DNA of 40,216 nt, taken from Kayfunavirus CLBP1. The stretch lies in the sequence record OZ035730.1. The stretch is one strand, 5' to 3'. Each line of letters begins with the position of its first letter. The stretch's first letter is position 1. The notes under the pieces are model-generated. The model was not told the DNA's origin. It was given only the letters and a program-made list of their open reading frames with translations, and made no database searches. Below, in pieces: positions 36,601 through 40,216 of the stretch. Made by a program: the position numbers and the translations under genes.

Positions 36601-37563
36601 TTAGATGCTGGACGTCAAGGCTTCCTGTCTGACATCGTGGAGCATAGCCTGACTGGTAGTAAGCGTAAGTTCGATGACCGATGGCTGAAGACCGCTGGTA
36701 TCTCTGACGAGCAGTGGAATGGAATTAAGTCCCTAATCCGTGAGTCAGTGACTCGTGGTCCAGACGGGAAGTATACCATCAAGGATAAGAAGGCGTTCAG
36801 TCAGGACCCAAGGGCTATGGACCTGTGGCGTATGGGCGACACCATCGCTGACGAAACGTTACTCCGTCCTCATAAGCTGAGCAACATGGACGCCAAGGCT
36901 TATGGTCCTCTGGCTAAGACTGTCCTTCAGTTTAAGAACTTCGTCATCAAGTCCATCAATGGGCGTACCATGCGAACCTTCTATAACGCCACGAAGAACA
37001 ACCGAGCGATGGATGCTGCTCTGTCCACTGTGATGTCTATGGGTCTTGCTGGTATCTACTACATGGCTCAGGCACACATCAAGGCTTACGCTATGCAGGA
37101 TGGTCGTGACCGTGAGTACCTGAAGCAGGCCCTGAACCCTACGATGATTGGCTATGCCGCTCTGTCCCGTAGCTCCCACTTGGGTGGACCACTTGGGGTC
37201 GCTAACATTCTTGGTGGTATCGCTGGGTATGAGGACACTAAGATGCTCCGTTCATCTATCCTGCCCCGTTCGCCTACAGAGAAGCCTGAACGTGCCATCG
37301 CGTATGGTGCAGCTACAAGTGACCCTGTGATGAATGTTGTTGGTAACTTCTTGGAGCAGGTTCCAGCTTTCGGATATGCTGCTAACGTTGGCGCTTCGGC
37401 TTACAACTTGGCTGGCTACCTCAAGGCTGATACTCGTGTCAACGAGCGTGACTACATGACCGGGATGTATAATACGTTCCGTGAACTGGTTCCGAACGAC
37501 CCAATTACCCAGAAGCTGTTGCTTGGAACGTTTGAGGAGCAAGGTATCCACATCAAGGACTAA
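33676..37563 (+). CDS. Internal core protein D (T7 gp16-like, N-terminal lytic transglycosylase-type domain)
   Basis: 1295 aa; N-terminal segment GIRNNNPGNIR...AISFHETG; size and position as T7 gp16. Confidence 0.95.
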   Translation: MATRGIRNNNPGNIRVSKDQWEGMTGDDGAFVTFDSPESGVRALGKNLLSYGRQGYDSIEKIINRWAPPNENDTKAYIDSVVAATGIPATQSLDLSDPDTLSSLAQAISFHETGSRYDPEVYQKGVARALNGISPKTPPVSANVFDALTEGLKSKPKVSLGENLPTAAGLNIEGQAPEAPNESFGEMFYKATGETMQEREERSTWFGFGSATEAEVKNSMVGVAIRAGQTEDSLDVIGDVFNPTRWNNHKWSREELDQIRNAGVLPQYYGVITGGSPQNLTELINLALENQKLDAEKSKAGTGAQLAAGVIGAGVDPLTYVPIAGQVGKGGKLVNKMFTVAAQSGALAGASELARTSVAGGDAYVAEAIMGGALFGGGMTAIGDAIGKALGKSTNEFAGPATRLEARETARNVDGQDLSRLPIQEGEQTFSHQGVKFADVPNEPGSVRLEDGSILIGENPLNPKTRQVFDEVIEPERAAAGVNLGGLTEIGLKLLRSENPEIRGVAADLVRSPTGMQSGASGKIGTTASDVFERLRAVDHRFYNDIDDAVTEALKDPYFQTAFWRDSGAFRQDIYQRVSMAIEDGSGNLKSELTPGELKVYDLLKNQFDAKREMMENPAMFGRPDAQSIFPGSRFKGTYVPHVYSKQMKELYIKELGSPEALQEAIKKSWLTSYASRPEVKKRVDEALLEADPTLTPEGLAAAVDKYANDKAYGISHTEQFERSSVMEENINGLVGLENNSFLEARNLFDSDMSIVLPNGQTFSVNNLREWDMDKIVPAYNRRVNGDIAIMAGTGKTTKEMKDLVETMMNKAGDDGKLKGEVSTLRDTLKILTGRARRDGADDAAFATVMRTMTDLSFFAKNAYMGVQNLTEIGGMLARGNVRALLHGVPIFRDLAFRNKKVGASEIKDLHNVIFGKELDDSIRPSKQDVIDRLRAYSALSKPTATALGSAKYYTGELAVRSPFTKVLNGTTNYLLDAGRQGFLSDIVEHSLTGSKRKFDDRWLKTAGISDEQWNGIKSLIRESVTRGPDGKYTIKDKKAFSQDPRAMDLWRMGDTIADETLLRPHKLSNMDAKAYGPLAKTVLQFKNFVIKSINGRTMRTFYNATKNNRAMDAALSTVMSMGLAGIYYMAQAHIKAYAMQDGRDREYLKQALNPTMIGYAALSRSSHLGGPLGVANILGGIAGYEDTKMLRSSILPRSPTEKPERAIAYGAATSDPVMNVVGNFLEQVPAFGYAANVGASAYNLAGYLKADTRVNERDYMTGMYNTFRELVPNDPITQKLLLGTFEEQGIHIKD

Positions 37564-37581
37564 ACTATCACTATAGGAAAC
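37559..37581 (+). promoter_or_regulatory. Phage RNAP promoter (phi17-like)
   Basis: ACTAAACTATCACTATAGGAAAC; overlaps gp16 3' end; +1 G at 37576. Confidence 0.8.
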
Positions 37582-37627
37582 GGGAGGCGCTACCATAGGT
37601 CTCCATTTAAATCACAAAGGAGGCATA

Positions 37628-39904
37628 ATGTCCACGATTACACAATTCCCTTCAGGAAACACTCAGTACAGGATTGAGTTCGACTACCTAGCCAGAACGT
37701 TTGTTGTTGTTACGCTGGTGAATAGCTCTAACCCTACCCTTAACCGTGTACTGGAAGTTGGTCGAGATTACCGATTCCTTAATCCAACGATGATTGAGAT
37801 GTTGGTTGACCAATCAGGTTTCGACATCGTTCGTATTCACCGTCAGACTGGAACTGACTTAGTGGTAGACTTCAGGAATGGCTCAGTGTTGACAGCTAGC
37901 GACCTGACCAATGCAGAGCTTCAGGCTATCCATATTGCAGAAGAAGGTCGAGACCAAACGGTTGACTTAGCGAAGGAATATGCCGATGCTGCTGGTGACT
38001 CTGCTGGCAACGCTAAGGATAGCGAGGACGAAGCACGACGAATCGCTGAGAGTATCAAGGCAGCTGGTCGAATTGGCTATATTACCCGTCGCTCCTTCGA
38101 GAAAGGCTTCAACGTTACAACATGGAACGAGGTCCTGTTATGGGAAGAGGATGGTGAGTATTACCGCTGGGATGGTACGCTTCCAAAGAACGTTCCTGCT
38201 GGTTCAACTCCTAACACCGCTGGGGGCATTGGTTTAGGTGCGTGGGTTGGCGTTGGTGATGCATCATTGCGCAGCAATTTATCAGAAAATGATGGCGCCT
38301 TGATAGTAGGTGGAGCTATTCTTGAATGCCAAACGGTAGCACAGGCGCAAGAGATATCTGGTTTAACGGAAGGTCGAAAGGTAAGAACATACTATTATAA
38401 TGTCCCAGTTGTAACAGATTGGGTGTTCACCCCCACCGCGCCGTCCGGTGGGGTTTTCTACATTCCCGCTGTCGGTGGTTACTTGATATTAATGACGCCT
38501 AACTTCGCTTCCGCTGGCATTATTGAAGGTGAATATGTTCCGCTAAACGCCGCACATAACCGTAATGTAATTCAAAAACTGGTAAGAGACACAAGATTCA
38601 GTAAATTTGAATATGGAGCAACAGGTACTTTTTATGTTCTCGGCTCTATTCATCCATTACGAGATAATATAGAAATACACCACGAAGCTGGGGTTACAGT
38701 TATGGGGCGTTACGATGACCCCACGGTAGGTCCAGAAATTATGGGGTTAAACTCCGGCGGTATGTGGTCCTTTGCACACTTTCTCAACCCTGATGCAACG
38801 GTTTGGGATGACAATAACTACACAATTACAGCTGTTATGAAAAATGTTACCTACGTTCTTAACGGAAAGATAGGTACAGAATATAACTCCATTCATTCTA
38901 AACCGCACAACAACAACCCTATTGGTTTCTTTACTTGTGAAAACTGTAGCGTTGTCGGCTCTGGCGGGGTTATTGGGTCTGACCACAGAGGCATTAACGT
39001 AGATGGTGCAGGGGATAATTGCCGTATAGATATCGGGTACGCTACAGGAACCAGCAACAACCCGATTCAAATGAAAATAAACGCTGAACGCTACGCTTTT
39101 GTTAAAGTTGGTGCGGTCTATGGGGTTAAGTTTGATGGCGGTCAAACAAAGGCTGTGGTGTGGTGCGGCGGTGGGCGTGTTGATGTAGAAGTCGGTAACT
39201 ACAGGTGGGATGGGGTGAATAAACCAATCCTCGCTTACGGCAACGGTTGCCAGGAAATAACTTTAAAGGCTGGCATAATATCCGGCGTTTCGCAATTAAT
39301 ACGTCAGTACAATACCCCTGTAGCTAGAGTTCTGTCAGCATGGGTTAATAATACAGACTCTCTCATAAACAAAGCAGAAGATTCTGACAAGGAAGGTGTG
39401 ACCAAGATTTCTGAGATTCGAGGTGTGAACGCCGTCGACACGGTACTAACTAGCGCATTCTATGATGAAACGAAATTAGCGAATCAAGATGTTGTTACTA
39501 TAACCGGAAACGATTTCAGAAACGCTGGACCATCATTCCTTTACTTTAAAGGTAAAACAGCTGGTGGTGCTATTAGGTTGTGGAACGTTAATAACAACCT
39601 CGACCCTGTAGGTCTTGCGGACCTTTCAGACTGGAATATTTTGCTGGGGCAAAGTGTCGTTACTACAGTTTCAGCAACTTCTTTCACGTACACTATGTCC
39701 CGTAGATATGAAAATATCACAATTGCCGTAACGGAATCCGCCACCCTACGGTATGTTACGGTTAGCTTACGAGCGCACCTGTCGTCGTCAACTACGGCGT
39801 CATACATAGTCGGCGGCACGTCTATGACTGTCTCGAGGTCCGGCGATATTTTTACTTTTACGGTTAACTCCGGAACTATAAATTTTTACGTATTACATAA
39901 CTAA
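37628..39904 (+). CDS. Tail fibre / tailspike: gp17-like N-terminal anchor plus distinct C-terminal domain
   Basis: First ~150 aa resemble T7 gp17 N-terminus ([42 protein letters not shown]); from about 38270 the DNA becomes AT-rich and the protein is Gly/Asn/Val/Thr-rich and unlike T7 gp17. Confidence 0.85.
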   Translation: MSTITQFPSGNTQYRIEFDYLARTFVVVTLVNSSNPTLNRVLEVGRDYRFLNPTMIEMLVDQSGFDIVRIHRQTGTDLVVDFRNGSVLTASDLTNAELQAIHIAEEGRDQTVDLAKEYADAAGDSAGNAKDSEDEARRIAESIKAAGRIGYITRRSFEKGFNVTTWNEVLLWEEDGEYYRWDGTLPKNVPAGSTPNTAGGIGLGAWVGVGDASLRSNLSENDGALIVGGAILECQTVAQAQEISGLTEGRKVRTYYYNVPVVTDWVFTPTAPSGGVFYIPAVGGYLILMTPNFASAGIIEGEYVPLNAAHNRNVIQKLVRDTRFSKFEYGATGTFYVLGSIHPLRDNIEIHHEAGVTVMGRYDDPTVGPEIMGLNSGGMWSFAHFLNPDATVWDDNNYTITAVMKNVTYVLNGKIGTEYNSIHSKPHNNNPIGFFTCENCSVVGSGGVIGSDHRGINVDGAGDNCRIDIGYATGTSNNPIQMKINAERYAFVKVGAVYGVKFDGGQTKAVVWCGGGRVDVEVGNYRWDGVNKPILAYGNGCQEITLKAGIISGVSQLIRQYNTPVARVLSAWVNNTDSLINKAEDSDKEGVTKISEIRGVNAVDTVLTSAFYDETKLANQDVVTITGNDFRNAGPSFLYFKGKTAGGAIRLWNVNNNLDPVGLADLSDWNILLGQSVVTTVSATSFTYTMSRRYENITIAVTESATLRYVTVSLRAHLSSSTTASYIVGGTSMTVSRSGDIFTFTVNSGTINFYVLHN

Positions 39905-39911
39905 AAAACAA

Positions 39912-39931
39912 AACCCCGCTTCGGTGGGGTT
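39912..39931 (+). terminator. Hairpin with UUCG tetraloop after the tail fibre gene
   Basis: AACCCCGC, UUCG loop, GUGGGGUU; weak U-tract (AGUUUAUC); could be a terminator or RNA 3'-end stabiliser. Confidence 0.4.
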
Positions 39932-40054
39932 AGTTTATCATCAGAAGGGGGTATTGAATCATCGAAGGTTGTGGAGGTAGAGGCTAACTACACGCTGACC
40001 AACGTATGGTAACAACTTTGGGTCACGGACGACCCGCTTTAAACTGGAGGTTTT

Positions 40055-40216
40055 ATGATTGAGTTAGACTTCAAGAATGAGGTCCTTAAAGCCTCTCCTA
40101 TCGTCGGGACCGCTGCGGCTGATGGTGCCAGTCGGTTCTTCTTCGGACTTACACTGAACGAATGGTTCTACGTTGCAGCTATCGCGTACACCGTTGTCCA
40201 GATTGGTGTGCTAGTC
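40055..40216 (+). CDS. Class II holin (T7 gp17.5-like), 3' end beyond the window
   Basis: SD GGAGG upstream; MIELDFKNEVLKASPIVGTAAADGASRFFFGLTLNEWFYVAAIAYTVVQIGVLV matches remembered T7 gp17.5; open to the last base. Confidence 0.85.
   Translation, partial: MIELDFKNEVLKASPIVGTAAADGASRFFFGLTLNEWFYVAAIAYTVVQIGVLV

Overview
The window is an essentially complete, circularly permuted genome of a T7-like podophage, with every supportable gene on the + strand in canonical T7 order. The order is gp18 small terminase, Rz/Rz1-like spanins, large terminase, a phiOR-like promoter and gp19.5-like ORF, the genome-end region with a T7-left-end-like terminus (TCTCACAG at 4105) and short repeat arrays, an A3-like sigma70 early promoter, ocr, RNA polymerase, the DNA metabolism genes, lysozyme, primase/helicase, DNA polymerase, exonuclease, structural genes gp6.5 to gp17, and a holin that runs off the 3' end of the window. 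Eleven copies of a phage-RNAP promoter consensus (CTAAACTATCACTATAGG, two with variant cores) punctuate the genome, together with three copies of a conserved RNase III-type hairpin and a Tphi-like terminator after the capsid gene. Departures from the T7 layout are the most interesting content: (1) the DNA polymerase gene is split by a ~598-nt group I intron carrying an HNH endonuclease ORF; (2) two further free-standing HNH endonuclease genes; (3) an AT-rich 77-aa ORF between the early promoter and ocr; (4) a 263-aa ORF of unknown function between the spanins and the large terminase; (5) a DUF3850/ASCH-like ORF between tail tubular genes gp11 and gp12; (6) a T7-class promoter directly upstream of the phage RNAP gene; (7) a GGUUUUC -1 frameshift site at the capsid 3' end with a ~95-codon open -1 frame; (8) a tail fibre whose C-terminal two-thirds is compositionally distinct. 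No gp0.7-like kinase, tRNA or CRISPR array was seen. All homology statements are from reading the translations against remembered T7 proteins; no database search was run.
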